Source: Gammaproteobacteria bacterium
GTDB lineage: Bacteria > Pseudomonadota > Gammaproteobacteria > Pseudomonadales > Azotimanducaceae
Assembly (NCBI GenBank): GCA_026707735.1
Contig: JAPOWH010000012.1
Span: forward strand, 77,990-141,989
Direction of reading: 5' to 3'
Length of the DNA stretch: 64,000 bases
Part shown: positions 28,866-39,000 of the stretch, piece by piece
Layout of the letters: every line of letters begins with the position of its first letter
How positions within the stretch are numbered: position 1 is the first letter of the stretch
Made by a program: the position numbers and the translations under genes
Notes under the pieces: model-generated
The model's input: the letters and a program-made list of their open reading frames with translations, nothing else
Database searches by the model: none
Told to the model about the DNA's origin: nothing

Positions 28866-31580
28866 ATGGATAAGTCACTGGTGATTGTCGAATCGCCGAA
28901 CAAGGCGAGAACTATCAACAAGTACTTAGGCAAGGAGTACGTTGTAAAGTCCAGCAAAGGACACATTCGGGATTTGCCGAAGAGCAATACTCAAACAAAA
29001 AGCGCGAAGCCGGAACGATTGCCGGCAAATTTGACCCCCGAGCAAAAGCTCAAAGCCAAGGAGCGCAAGGCAAGGGCTGACCACATTCGTCGCATGGGAG
29101 TAGATCCTGAACGCAACTGGAAAGCTACGTGGATAGTTTCCCCGGACAAGACGAATGTGGTGAGTGAATTACAGCGTGCGGCGGAAAAGTCGGATTTGAT
29201 CTATCTGGCCACTGACATGGATCGCGAAGGAGAGGCCATAGCGTGGCATTTGCAAGAACTGATTGGTGGGGATTCACAACGATACAGGCGTGTGGTCTTC
29301 AATGAGATCACGCGAAGCGCTATTCAGGAGGCGTTTGCAAGTCCCGTTCAAGTCGACCTGAACAGAGTCAATGCGTACAAGACACGAAGATTTCTAGATC
29401 GTGTTGTGGGATTTGAGCTCTCTCCCTTGCTTTGGAAGAAAGTTGCGCGTGGATTGTCCGCCGGTCGGGTTCAATCGGTTGCTGTTCGCCTAATCGTGGA
29501 ACGAGAGCGCGCGATCAGAGCTTTCGATGTGGAGGAGTACTGGGAACTACATGCTGATCTGAATCGCAACGTTGTGGATATTGAGCGAACCCAGCCTGCA
29601 AACGACGAGCATCAAGACTCTCGTCGATTCAAGGTTGTTAGTCATCTAGGAAAAGCGTTTTCTGCAAAGAATGAAAAAGAAGCCACCGATGCCTTGAGCG
29701 AATTGAATGAGGAAGAGTTTGTTGTAGCCAACCATGAGAAGCGACCTACAGGATCGAAACCCCAACCTCCATTCATTACCTCTACCTTGCAGCAAGCTGC
29801 CAGCTCTCGATTGGGCTACAGCGTTTCCCGGACCATGCGATTGGCGCAAAAGCTCTATGAGAATGGGCTCATTACATACATGCGCACAGATTCGACAAGC
29901 CTCTCCGCCGAAGCAGTTACGGGAGTGCGCTCGTTTCTCGCCAGCGAGTTTGGCGCTCCCTACGTACCACAGGCGCCACTGACCTATGTGACGAAGGCGA
30001 AGGCCGCACAGGAAGCGCACGAAGCCATTCGCCCATCCGACATAGGCGTCAAGGCCGAGGATCTCAACGATCAGGATGAAGGTGAACGTCGTCTCTATGA
30101 CTTGATTTGGAGAAGATTCGTTGCCTGCCAAATGACTAACGCTCGATATGAAAGCGTGACGACGACCGTAAAAGCAGGCGACTACGAACTGAAAATACAA
30201 GGGCGTGTCGTGATATTCGATGGATTTACTCGAGTGTGGTCAACGGCGGCAAGAGGCGATGATGACCAATTGCTTCCCAACTATGAAGTCGGCGAGCTTC
30301 TGCAGAAGGTTCAGATCGAGAAGTCGCAGCATTTTACGAAGCCCCCCGCCCGCTACCGCGAGGCAAGTCTTGTGCGCGAACTAGAGGAGCGCGGCATAGG
30401 CAGACCCAGCACCTATGATTCGATCACATCGACGATTCAGGAGCGCGGCTATGTGACGCTGCGCCAACGAAAATTCTATGCGGAACGAATTGGTGAACTC
30501 GTCACTGATCGTCTCCTTGAAAACTTCAGCGACCTTATGGACTACGAGTTCACGTCGCGGCTAGAGCAGGATGAACTTGACCGAATCGCATTGGGCAACA
30601 AGGAATGGCTGGAAGTATTGAATACGTTCTATTCAGGATTTTCGAGTCAATTGAAGTCTGCAGAGAACGATATGCAGCGCAACGACCCGATTGCCACAAC
30701 GATTAAGTGTGGGGACTGCAGTCGCAAGATGCTGATTAGAGTGGCTAAATCGGGTGCATTTCTAGGCTGCGAGGGGTACGAGCTTCCACCCAAGGAACGA
30801 TGCAAGCACACCATGAATCTTTCACCTATTGAAGAGAGTGGCTCAGATAGCAATGATGAAGATGAGAGCAGATTATTGCGTCTGAAGCGCAAATGCGCTA
30901 GATGTTCGACCGCTATGGACTGCTTTCTAGTGGATGAAAAGCGGAAGCTTCACATTTGCGGCAATCAAGATTGTCGGGGCTACGAGATCGAAGAAGGCAA
31001 TTTCACGCAGCCTGGGTACGAAGGTCCTGCAATTGAATGCGATCGATGCAACAGTGAGATGCAACGTCGAACTGGAAGATTTGGGCCGTATTTCGCATGT
31101 ACCAACGAGTCGTGCGGCAACACGCGAAAGATTTTGAAGAATGGGCAAGTTGCCCCACCACGGGCAGACCCGATACCAATGCCTGAACTTGCCTGTGACG
31201 GCATTGACGATCACTTTGTGTTGCGCGACGGTGCTTCGGGTCTGTTCCTTGCGGCCAGCAAGTTTCCAAAAAACCGTCTGACTCGAGCACCTCTCGTATC
31301 TGAGATCTTGCCGCATGCCAATGAGCTTGATCCGAAATTCAAGCACCTTCTCACCGCACCCGTTGAGGATCCGTTGGGTCGTCCCACTGTGATTAGATTC
31401 TCACGCAAAAGCCAAGAGCACTACGTTCGAACGGACGAGAAGTCAAAACCTTGGAGTGCTTTCTTCAAAGACGGAAAGTGGGTGGAAGCCTCTTCATTAC
31501 AGGGAACTAGTGGGCGTAGTCCACAATTGATCGATATAAGGAAACGTTCTGCGAAGCGCTACTCTAAGGGTCGAAATTAG
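28866..31580 (+). CDS. topA: DNA topoisomerase I
   Basis: Contains the Toprim segment LVIVESPNKARTINKYLG, LATDMDREGE, the active-site region ITYMRTDS, and C-terminal Cys4 zinc ribbons. ATG at 28866 is preceded by AAGGAG. Confidence 0.95.
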   Translation: MDKSLVIVESPNKARTINKYLGKEYVVKSSKGHIRDLPKSNTQTKSAKPERLPANLTPEQKLKAKERKARADHIRRMGVDPERNWKATWIVSPDKTNVVSELQRAAEKSDLIYLATDMDREGEAIAWHLQELIGGDSQRYRRVVFNEITRSAIQEAFASPVQVDLNRVNAYKTRRFLDRVVGFELSPLLWKKVARGLSAGRVQSVAVRLIVERERAIRAFDVEEYWELHADLNRNVVDIERTQPANDEHQDSRRFKVVSHLGKAFSAKNEKEATDALSELNEEEFVVANHEKRPTGSKPQPPFITSTLQQAASSRLGYSVSRTMRLAQKLYENGLITYMRTDSTSLSAEAVTGVRSFLASEFGAPYVPQAPLTYVTKAKAAQEAHEAIRPSDIGVKAEDLNDQDEGERRLYDLIWRRFVACQMTNARYESVTTTVKAGDYELKIQGRVVIFDGFTRVWSTAARGDDDQLLPNYEVGELLQKVQIEKSQHFTKPPARYREASLVRELEERGIGRPSTYDSITSTIQERGYVTLRQRKFYAERIGELVTDRLLENFSDLMDYEFTSRLEQDELDRIALGNKEWLEVLNTFYSGFSSQLKSAENDMQRNDPIATTIKCGDCSRKMLIRVAKSGAFLGCEGYELPPKERCKHTMNLSPIEESGSDSNDEDESRLLRLKRKCARCSTAMDCFLVDEKRKLHICGNQDCRGYEIEEGNFTQPGYEGPAIECDRCNSEMQRRTGRFGPYFACTNESCGNTRKILKNGQVAPPRADPIPMPELACDGIDDHFVLRDGASGLFLAASKFPKNRLTRAPLVSEILPHANELDPKFKHLLTAPVEDPLGRPTVIRFSRKSQEHYVRTDEKSKPWSAFFKDGKWVEASSLQGTSGRSPQLIDIRKRSAKRYSKGRN

Positions 31581-31616
31581 CAAACGTCGACCCAGTCACC
31601 GACTGTCGCACAATCT

Positions 31617-32240
31617 CTAGTCGAGGCGAACCAATCCTACTTTGATACCTTCGATTTCGAAGCCTTTCGATCCGAGGTCTACTACGATTGGCTCGTAGTT
31701 TGGATGCTCCGGATGCAGTTCGATTTTGCCTGGGTCGTCTCCTCGGAAAAATCTCTTGACGGTTACTTCGTCGTCGATCCTAGCGACCACAATCTGGTTG
31801 TTTCGCACTTCAGTCGTTCGGTGCACAGCTAGCAAGTCGCCGTCAAGAATACCGGCTCGCATCATGCTGTCACCCTGTACTGTTAGAAAGTAGTCGGCTC
31901 TTGGCGAGAACAGCGTGTGTGGAATGCTCATGTGGTTATCGATGTGTTCCTCCGAAAGAATTGGGCTTCCCGCTGCAACACGACCAACAACTGGAATGGT
32001 TCTGTCGTCGTACATGCCGCTGACTTGTATTCCCCGCGATGTATTTCTGTTTACCTTGATAACACCTTTTCTTTCTAGAGCTTTGAGGTGTTCTTCGGAT
32101 GCATTGGGCGAACGAAAGTTGAAATGCTCGGCAATGTCTCGTCTCGTTGGTGGGTAGCCGGAGTTAGCAATCCAACTACGGATCAGGTCAAGCACTTCTT
32201 GCTGACGATGGGTTAGCTTTACAGTTTTGCTTCGAGGCAT
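31617..32240 (-). CDS. lexA: LexA repressor
   Basis: Has a winged-HTH N-domain, the cleavage region VAAGSPI, the catalytic Ser in GDSM, and the catalytic Lys in VKRF. Confidence 0.95.
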   Translation of the reverse strand: MPRSKTVKLTHRQQEVLDLIRSWIANSGYPPTRRDIAEHFNFRSPNASEEHLKALERKGVIKVNRNTSRGIQVSGMYDDRTIPVVGRVAAGSPILSEEHIDNHMSIPHTLFSPRADYFLTVQGDSMMRAGILDGDLLAVHRTTEVRNNQIVVARIDDEVTVKRFFRGDDPGKIELHPEHPNYEPIVVDLGSKGFEIEGIKVGLVRLD

Positions 32241-32270
32241 TGCTTTGCCCTCTCATTTCTAAGTTATGTC

Positions 32271-32299
32271 AATGTATACATATGGATACAAATTGTCAA
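32271..32299 (-). promoter_or_regulatory. Sigma70-type promoter of lexA
   Basis: On the minus strand: TTGACA, a 17-nt spacer, then TACATT. The -10 element ends about 30 nt upstream of the lexA ATG. Confidence 0.5.
32273..32290. promoter_or_regulatory. Imperfect palindrome overlapping the lexA promoter spacer and -10; candidate LexA operator with non-canonical spacing
   Basis: TGTATAC-ATAT-GGATACA has arms matching 6/7. It reads as TGTAT-N8-ATACA, whereas the E. coli-type box is CTGTAT-N4-ATACAG. Confidence 0.3.
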
Positions 32300-32465
32300 G
32301 TGTTTTTGTTCAGTAATATACGAAATGACAACCCTGTTGGCAGACAGGTCTAGCGATGGAAAAAGGAATACATTCTCTGCGGAAAGGGTCAGTTTGGCGG
32401 CGGGCAATTCGCACAAACTAAAATTACGCGACTCACACTGAGCGGTTCGCGGTTTCGATTGCACC

Positions 32466-33572
32466 ATGTTGGAATCCTTTCAGAACGTTGTCGTCAATCA
32501 CGGTGGTTGGATGTTGCAAGTGTTCCTGATCGTGACTGCAACAGTAACCGTACACCAGACATTGCGGTTTCTGCTGAAGAAACTGGCCAAGCGTGTGGAA
32601 AGCACCACAACCGAATGGGACGACGCTCTCTATTACGCAGCGAGCAAGCCCCTTGGATGGGCAACCTGGGTAGTAGGGCTGACTTGGGCGGGCCAGGTCA
32701 TTTACGGTGCTACTCGGAGCGATCCAAATGCGCCAACCCAAGTCTTCGAGCATGTGGGAACAATACGCGAGGCGTTCGTTATCGTCATACTCGCATGGTT
32801 TGGTCTGCGTCTCATTACATCGTTCGAGCAAATAGTCAGCAGCTCGAAATCTCGAGACAAGTACAAACGATGGGACATTGCAACTGCAATGGCCGTTGGG
32901 AAGGTTCTACGCGCGTCGGTCACCATTACCGCATTGCTCGTACTGCTCCAGGTATTCGGCTTTAGTCTGGCCGGTGTTCTTGCCTTTGGTGGTATCGGCG
33001 GAATTGCTGTAGGGTTTGCAGCAAGGGACCTGCTTGCGAATTTCTTTGGTGCATTGATGCTGTTCATCGACAAGCCGTTCACGGTGGGTGATTGGATACG
33101 CTCGCCGGATCGTGAAATTGAAGGTACGGTAGAGTCAATTGGTTGGCGAGTTACGCTCATTCGAACATTTGACCAACGCCCCCTCTATGTACCAAATTCC
33201 TCGTTCACCACGTTGTCAGTTGAAAATCCTTCGAGAATGTTGAATCGCAGGATTTATGAAACCTTTGGTGTGCGCTACGACGATTTCAATTCAGTGAAGG
33301 CTATTGTGGACGACATACGTGAGATGCTGCGCAATCATGAAGCTATCGATTTGGAACGAACGTTGATGGTCAACGTGGTTTCCTATGGAGACTTTGCGGT
33401 GGAGTTTTTCGTGTACACCTTCACGAAAACGACGGTGTGGACGGAATTTCACGAAATCAAGGAGGATGTTCTTCTCAAGATTGGAGAAATAGTTCACCGT
33501 CACGGCGCGGATTTTGCCTATCCAACGCAGACTCTGCATCTGGCGGATCATATTGGGCCGGAACGCTCTTGA
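32466..33572 (+). CDS. Mechanosensitive ion channel (MscS family)
   Basis: Has N-terminal TM segments and PFTVGDWI...GTVESIGWRVTLIRTFDQRPLYVPNS. Confidence 0.85.
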   Translation: MLESFQNVVVNHGGWMLQVFLIVTATVTVHQTLRFLLKKLAKRVESTTTEWDDALYYAASKPLGWATWVVGLTWAGQVIYGATRSDPNAPTQVFEHVGTIREAFVIVILAWFGLRLITSFEQIVSSSKSRDKYKRWDIATAMAVGKVLRASVTITALLVLLQVFGFSLAGVLAFGGIGGIAVGFAARDLLANFFGALMLFIDKPFTVGDWIRSPDREIEGTVESIGWRVTLIRTFDQRPLYVPNSSFTTLSVENPSRMLNRRIYETFGVRYDDFNSVKAIVDDIREMLRNHEAIDLERTLMVNVVSYGDFAVEFFVYTFTKTTVWTEFHEIKEDVLLKIGEIVHRHGADFAYPTQTLHLADHIGPERS

Positions 33573-34084
33573 AGAATCTGCCTTCCAATGCGACTTTGCT
33601 TTTTTCGGAATCGCAAATCGAAAAGGCTATCGATCGGTTAGCGGTTCGACTGAACATAGACCTAGCCAACGAGCAGCCCGTTTTTGTTTGCGTATTGAAA
33701 GGTGCGATTCCGCTGACTTGGGATCTCATGCGACGCATGGACGTTGATGTTTCTCTTTCGTGCCTTCGAGTTCGGAGATTTCGTGGCACGAAAGGCGGCG
33801 AACCTCACATTTCAGATTTTGATCCAGAAGAATTTCGCGACAAACTTGTGGTTATTGTCGATACGGTGCTGGACGAAGGTGTCACGCTCGACTTCGTTCA
33901 AGAGAAATTGCAGACGCTTGCCAAGAAGCTTCTAACTGTGGTCCTTGTAAGAAAGCGAACGGACTACCACGGAACCGCAAACTACATTGGACTGACAGCC
34001 CCCAATAAGTTTTTGATCGGAAGAGGCATGGATGTTGACGGCAAATATCGGGGACTACCTGCCATCTACACATTGGATAGCTAA
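33569..34084 (+). CDS. hpt: Hypoxanthine/guanine phosphoribosyltransferase
   Basis: Contains the PRPP-binding motif LVVIVDTVLDEGVTL and ends ...GLPAIYTLD. The start is uncertain: a candidate TTG at 33569 overlaps the mscS stop. Confidence 0.7.
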   Translation: MKNLPSNATLLFSESQIEKAIDRLAVRLNIDLANEQPVFVCVLKGAIPLTWDLMRRMDVDVSLSCLRVRRFRGTKGGEPHISDFDPEEFRDKLVVIVDTVLDEGVTLDFVQEKLQTLAKKLLTVVLVRKRTDYHGTANYIGLTAPNKFLIGRGMDVDGKYRGLPAIYTLDS

Positions 34085-34816
34085 GTGCTGGCATTGATTA
34101 CAGGTACTGCGCTTCAGACGGTATTGCCCGCTCCGTCGGCAGTTTACTATCGAAACACGCCATTTGGCGCTCCTTCTGCGCCCGTTCGCAAGGTTGAGCT
34201 TGGCGGAGGGGAGGTGCTCTCACTCACGCGACACGGATTGGGAGGGTCCATTGCTGCGCATTTGGTTAACTATCGAGCCAACGTCTGGGCACTAAAGGAA
34301 CTTGGCGCCACGCGAATCTTGGCGACAGCAACGGTTGGGGGCATCGACCGATCGCTTCGCGTAGGAGACCTTGTAGTTCCCAACCAAATAATCGACTACA
34401 CCTCCGGTCGCGAACAAACCTATGTGGGGTCAACGAGGATCAATCACTTTGATCTCACTTCTCCCTTTGATGCAATGCTTCGAGATGGGCTGTTGCGAGC
34501 GCTGCCGGGCGACTTTGAAGCACCACAGCATCGAAGCGGAGTCTACGCCGTGACACAAGGTCCCCGCTTTGAGACAGCAGCTGAAATAGACCGCTACCGC
34601 AAGGATGGTTGCACGTTGGTGGGTATGACTTTGATGCCCGAAGCGGCATTGGCACGAGAGCTCGAAGTTCCCTACGCTGCCGTGTGTCTCGTAGTAAATC
34701 CAGCAGCCGGAGTTGAAGCCGGCGACATCGATATTCCGGAAACTGCTGTAGTAACTGAGAAGGCGATTGGGGGACTGAAGCGCTATCTTGAATTAGCCAT
34801 CGAGCTCCTGCACTAA
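34085..34816 (+). CDS. 5'-methylthioadenosine / S-methyl-5'-thioinosine phosphorylase
   Basis: Shows an MTAP-family pattern: ITGTA, HGLGGS, GPRFETAAE and VGMTLMPEAALARE. Uses a GTG start directly after the hpt stop. Confidence 0.8.
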   Translation: MLALITGTALQTVLPAPSAVYYRNTPFGAPSAPVRKVELGGGEVLSLTRHGLGGSIAAHLVNYRANVWALKELGATRILATATVGGIDRSLRVGDLVVPNQIIDYTSGREQTYVGSTRINHFDLTSPFDAMLRDGLLRALPGDFEAPQHRSGVYAVTQGPRFETAAEIDRYRKDGCTLVGMTLMPEAALARELEVPYAAVCLVVNPAAGVEAGDIDIPETAVVTEKAIGGLKRYLELAIELLH

Positions 34817-36019
34817 AGCTTCAAGGTTAGTGGGTAGAGCCAATCTGCGTACCTGTATAAGAATGCCGAACTTTGGATGGTCGAAGTAATGCGTTTCGCC
34901 TAGGGCCATGCGCCGACTTTCGTCGATCAAGTAGAAGAGTAACGGAGCCTCCACTGACTGTTCGCGACTTGTTTCATCGGAGCTGGGCAGAGTTCTCCAG
35001 ATCTTCAAGTCTACGTGGAGAAACCTCGCTACGCTCAAATCCAAAGTACCTTCAATTTCGTACAGGCCATTGAGTTGCGTGTTGCCAAATTGCAAAAGGA
35101 GGCTGTTCTCTGTTCCAGGAGCGAGCGCATCTTGGTGCCAAGCTGCATGACCAATGACTCTGTAGCCTTCGGTGCGGAGCCGGCTCGCTGTACGTTGAAG
35201 GTTTAGCAGACTATCAGGCCTGCGTGTGCCAACAGTAGCCAGGAGTTCAGTTTCATAGTCTGAAAATGCTGCTCTGACCTGAGGCATTGTCAACGGCAAT
35301 TGCACCTCGTTGTCGGGCACTTCGTGGACAGAAAGACGTTCGAATCTTAGAAGCGTCTGCATTTCCTCGTCGCAGAGACCAAGCAACCGGCCTGCGCGCT
35401 TCAAAATCAACTCGCTGGATTCCCAGTCATCCGGCAACCATTCGGGAAGCGTTGGATCACGCTCAAGCGAAGATTCGAACAAGAACGTGCGTGTTTGATC
35501 TTGATCGTCAAATAGGTAGCTTGTGTCATCGTTTTCGTTGCGGAGGCTGGGCGTAGAAATTGTTGAGTCGTTGGGCTCTGAAGTGATCGAGAATAGGGGC
35601 GAATGCAACCAGCATCCAGTTTGAAGAGTTTTAATACTGGGAGAGTCGCCCTTGGATGGTTTCCTTCCCTCTATTTGATCAGTCGCGTACAACCCATCGT
35701 TGGCGTCAACGAGGTCGTGTTCCACAATACTTGATCTTGAAATAGCATGCATGACTTCGTTTTCTGCGAATGTCAACGATCGAATACCGGCTGGATAGGT
35801 GCGTTTGGGAAGTCCATGCACTAGGTGCTCGGACGAGGGAAGCTCGGTTACGGGTTCGAAGACTACAACTTCAACGACGTACCAGGCGTGCTGCAGAAAG
35901 TCTTGTGGGTCGCTATCGGCGTAGATGTCATCGCTGGCGATCCCAAGGAGCAATAGAAGCGACGCGGCAATCGCGTTTCTATGCTTCCATTGCAATTGGA
36001 ATTGATGTTTGCAAGTCAT
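34793..36019 (-). CDS. Secreted hypothetical protein, possibly CsiV family (the type often found next to mfd)
   Basis: Has a signal peptide, an N-terminal WYVVEVVVFEP and a C-terminal HYFDHPKFGILIQV. The family assignment is from memory and is tentative. Confidence 0.4.
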   Translation of the reverse strand: MTCKHQFQLQWKHRNAIAASLLLLLGIASDDIYADSDPQDFLQHAWYVVEVVVFEPVTELPSSEHLVHGLPKRTYPAGIRSLTFAENEVMHAISRSSIVEHDLVDANDGLYATDQIEGRKPSKGDSPSIKTLQTGCWLHSPLFSITSEPNDSTISTPSLRNENDDTSYLFDDQDQTRTFLFESSLERDPTLPEWLPDDWESSELILKRAGRLLGLCDEEMQTLLRFERLSVHEVPDNEVQLPLTMPQVRAAFSDYETELLATVGTRRPDSLLNLQRTASRLRTEGYRVIGHAAWHQDALAPGTENSLLLQFGNTQLNGLYEIEGTLDLSVARFLHVDLKIWRTLPSSDETSREQSVEAPLLFYLIDESRRMALGETHYFDHPKFGILIQVRRLALPTNLEALVQELDG

Positions 36020-39000
36020 CTATCAGTTCTTCGGTAAATGCAAAGCGATCTTGAGGGTCGCTTGGTACTTTCAGCACTCGAATGGCTTGATCGCGAGTCA
36101 ACTGGAATTTCGAGTCATTTGCTTGAAGCAAGGCGGCTATAGCAGAGGAATCAATACGGTCTTGGTTCGAGAACTCTATTCGGCCGCCGTCGGCATTGAG
36201 GACGATCTTGGATATGCCCAATTCCTGAGCTCGCAACTTCACTGCCGTCAATTGGAACAAGTTGCTGGCCAATTCCGGGAGGGGTCCGCATCTATCGATT
36301 AGCTCAATTCTCAATTCGTCAAGCTCCGTTTGCGATTCTGCCGCTGCAATTCGCTTGTAGGTAACCAACCGACCGTGAATGTCGGGAAGGTAGGTGTCTG
36401 GAATCAGGGCTGATACATTGAGATTAACCTCGTGCACCATGGGCATGGGATCGTCGAAGTTCGGAACCAAACCGCTCTTTAGCGTATCCACGGCTCGTTT
36501 GAGCATCGAGATGTAGAGTGTGAAACCTATAGTCTCAAGCTGACCAGACTGTTCTCGTCCTAACAATTCGCCAGCGCCGCGAATCTCAAGGTCGTGCACC
36601 GCAAGAGTGAATCCACTTCCCAACTCGTCAGCCGATTCGATTGCATCCAATCTCTTGCGCGAATCGATAGTCATCGCAGCGTCTTCAGGAGTAAGCAGAT
36701 AGGCATACGCTTGACGGGCAGACCGACCTACGCGTCCTCGTAGCTGATGAAGCTGTGCCAGTCCGAACTTGTCGGCTCGTTCAATGATTATCGTGTTTGC
36801 GTTTGGAATGTCGAGGCCGCTCTCGATGATCGTCGAACATATCAATACGTTGCATCTTCGGTGGTAAAAGTCGGCCATTACATGCTCAAGCTCATGCTTG
36901 CGCATCTGCCCGTGTCCAATTCCTAGCCGCGCATCGGGAACCATTCTGGCCAATCCGTCGTATAGCTCAGGCATAGACCGGACGTCGTTGTGCAAGTAAA
37001 ACACTTGTCCCCCACGAGCGAGTTCCCGTTTAATGGCATCACGCACTACAGTCTTGCTATAGGGCACGACAAATGTCTTGACGGATAGACGCTTTGCGGG
37101 GGGCGTTGCGATGATTGACAGATCTCGCAGTCCACCCATGGACATGTTCAACGTCCGGGGAATTGGAGTAGCTGTCAACGAGATTGTGTTCACTTCCGCC
37201 CGCAGGTTTCGAAGACGCTCCTTGTCCCGTACTCCAAAACGGTGTTCCTCGTCCACGATGAGCAGTCCGAGTTTACTGAAGTCAACATTAGCGTGGAGTA
37301 CCTTATGAGTGGCTATGAGAATGTCGACTTTTCTCTGGTCCACTCGCTGCTCGATAAGCGAGATCTCACTCGCCGAACGAAACCTAGACATCAAGTCGAC
37401 AATAACGGGCCATTCTGCGAATCGATCCGTGAAGGTGTCGAAGTGCTGTTGAGCCAGAATGGTCGTTGGAACAAGAACGATGACTTGGAAGCCGGACTGT
37501 ACGACATGAAACGCGGCCCGCATGGCAACTTCCGTCTTGCCGAATCCAACATCTCCACAAACTAGGCGGTCGGTGGATTTAACGTTTTTGAGGTCCTCAA
37601 GTATTGCTTCGGTTGCCACAGTCTGGTCGATCGTTAGCTCGAAGTCGCATTGGTCGCAAAAGGTTTCGTAGTCGTCATTCACTTCTGGCACAACCACAGA
37701 GCGAGAGGCTTCCCGTCTTGCATAAATGCCTAGGAGTTCTGCGGCAACGTCGAAAATTCTCTGTGCTGCTCGAGATTTGGCTTTAGACCACGCATCTGTT
37801 CCCAGTTTGTGAAGAGGAGCATTCTCGTCGTCTGCACCTGTATAGCGAGATATGAGGTTTAGAGACGAAACGGGTACATACAGCTTGTCACCATCGGCGT
37901 ACTCAAGCGTAACGAACTCCATTAGTTGAGAGCGAATTGAAAGAGTTTCTAGTCCTACATACCGACCAATGCCATGGTCGAGGTGAACTACTGGTGCTCC
38001 AGGATGCAATTCGGTGAGATCGCGAATGACCGTTTCGGGATCGACGCTACGATGCCGAGCTCGATTTCTTTCACTCTCTAGTCTGGATCCAAGAATTTGT
38101 GATTCTGTGAGTAGAACGAATTCTTGGTTCCAAAGTCCCCGATCCAAGGTCCCAATGGTGGAAGCAAGTGTGGGTTGACTCACGAAGAAGTCGACGTAGG
38201 AATCTACTTCCTTTGGAAAAATCCGAGCGCGACCAAGGACTTCATGGAGATGTTGCAGTCTACCGTTGCTTTCCGCGGTGAGAAGAACTGGAACCGAAAC
38301 ATTGTGAACGAATTCCCTAAGTCGTCGTGACGGGTCGCGTCTGCGAACCTCGAGGGTGATATCAGGCAGTTCCTGCCCCAACAATGAAACCGAATGCTTA
38401 GGTGGATTACTGCCACTGTGGAACCGTATGCGCGGAAATTGATTCCAGAAATGCCGCACTTCATCCAATCGAAAGTAGATTTCGAAGGGCGTCAGGAGAG
38501 GACGTTCTTCATCGTTCTTGTGAACTTCAAAGCGTTCGTGCACATCTTCAAAGAACGAAGTAGCAGCCTGCTCGACATCGCGATCCAGAACTACAACCGA
38601 ATCTGATCGCAAGTAGTCAAGCAGAGAACTCGTCTGTTCAAAGAACAAGGGAAGATAACACTCGACACCTTCTACCGGTCTGCCCTCGCTAATGTCGAGG
38701 TAGGTTGAGCATTGCCAAAACTTGGGAGGAAAGTGGCGGTTCCACGAGTTTCTGAATTGAGTGATTGCCTGATCATCGAGCGGATACTCGTGTGCAGGGA
38801 GTATTTGAACGTTCTCGGTCCGCTCAATGGTGCGTTGCGTTTCAGGATCGAAGATCCGCAAGCTCTCAACTACGTCGTCAAACAGGTCAATTCGAATCGG
38901 ACGATGGGAACCAACTGGATAGAGATCGAGAATTGAACCACGAGTCGCGTATTCCCCGTGCTCAAAAACTGTGTCCACTTTGCGATACCCACCTTGCGTC

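Noticed and set aside
29646-30200. 184-aa minus-strand ORF inside topA, and similar long shadow ORFs (19092..19634 in amt, 40389..40844 in the korC-like gene, 44721..45182 in the Rieske gene)
   Set aside because: Each lies completely within a confidently identified gene, in another frame or on the other strand, and has no motifs. All are treated as spurious.
32333-32348. CCTGT-TGGCAG-ACAGG upstream of lexA, as a possible SOS box
   Set aside because: The spacer is 6 nt rather than 8, so it does not fit CTGT-N8-ACAG. It lies about 95 nt upstream of the start, outside the predicted promoter core.
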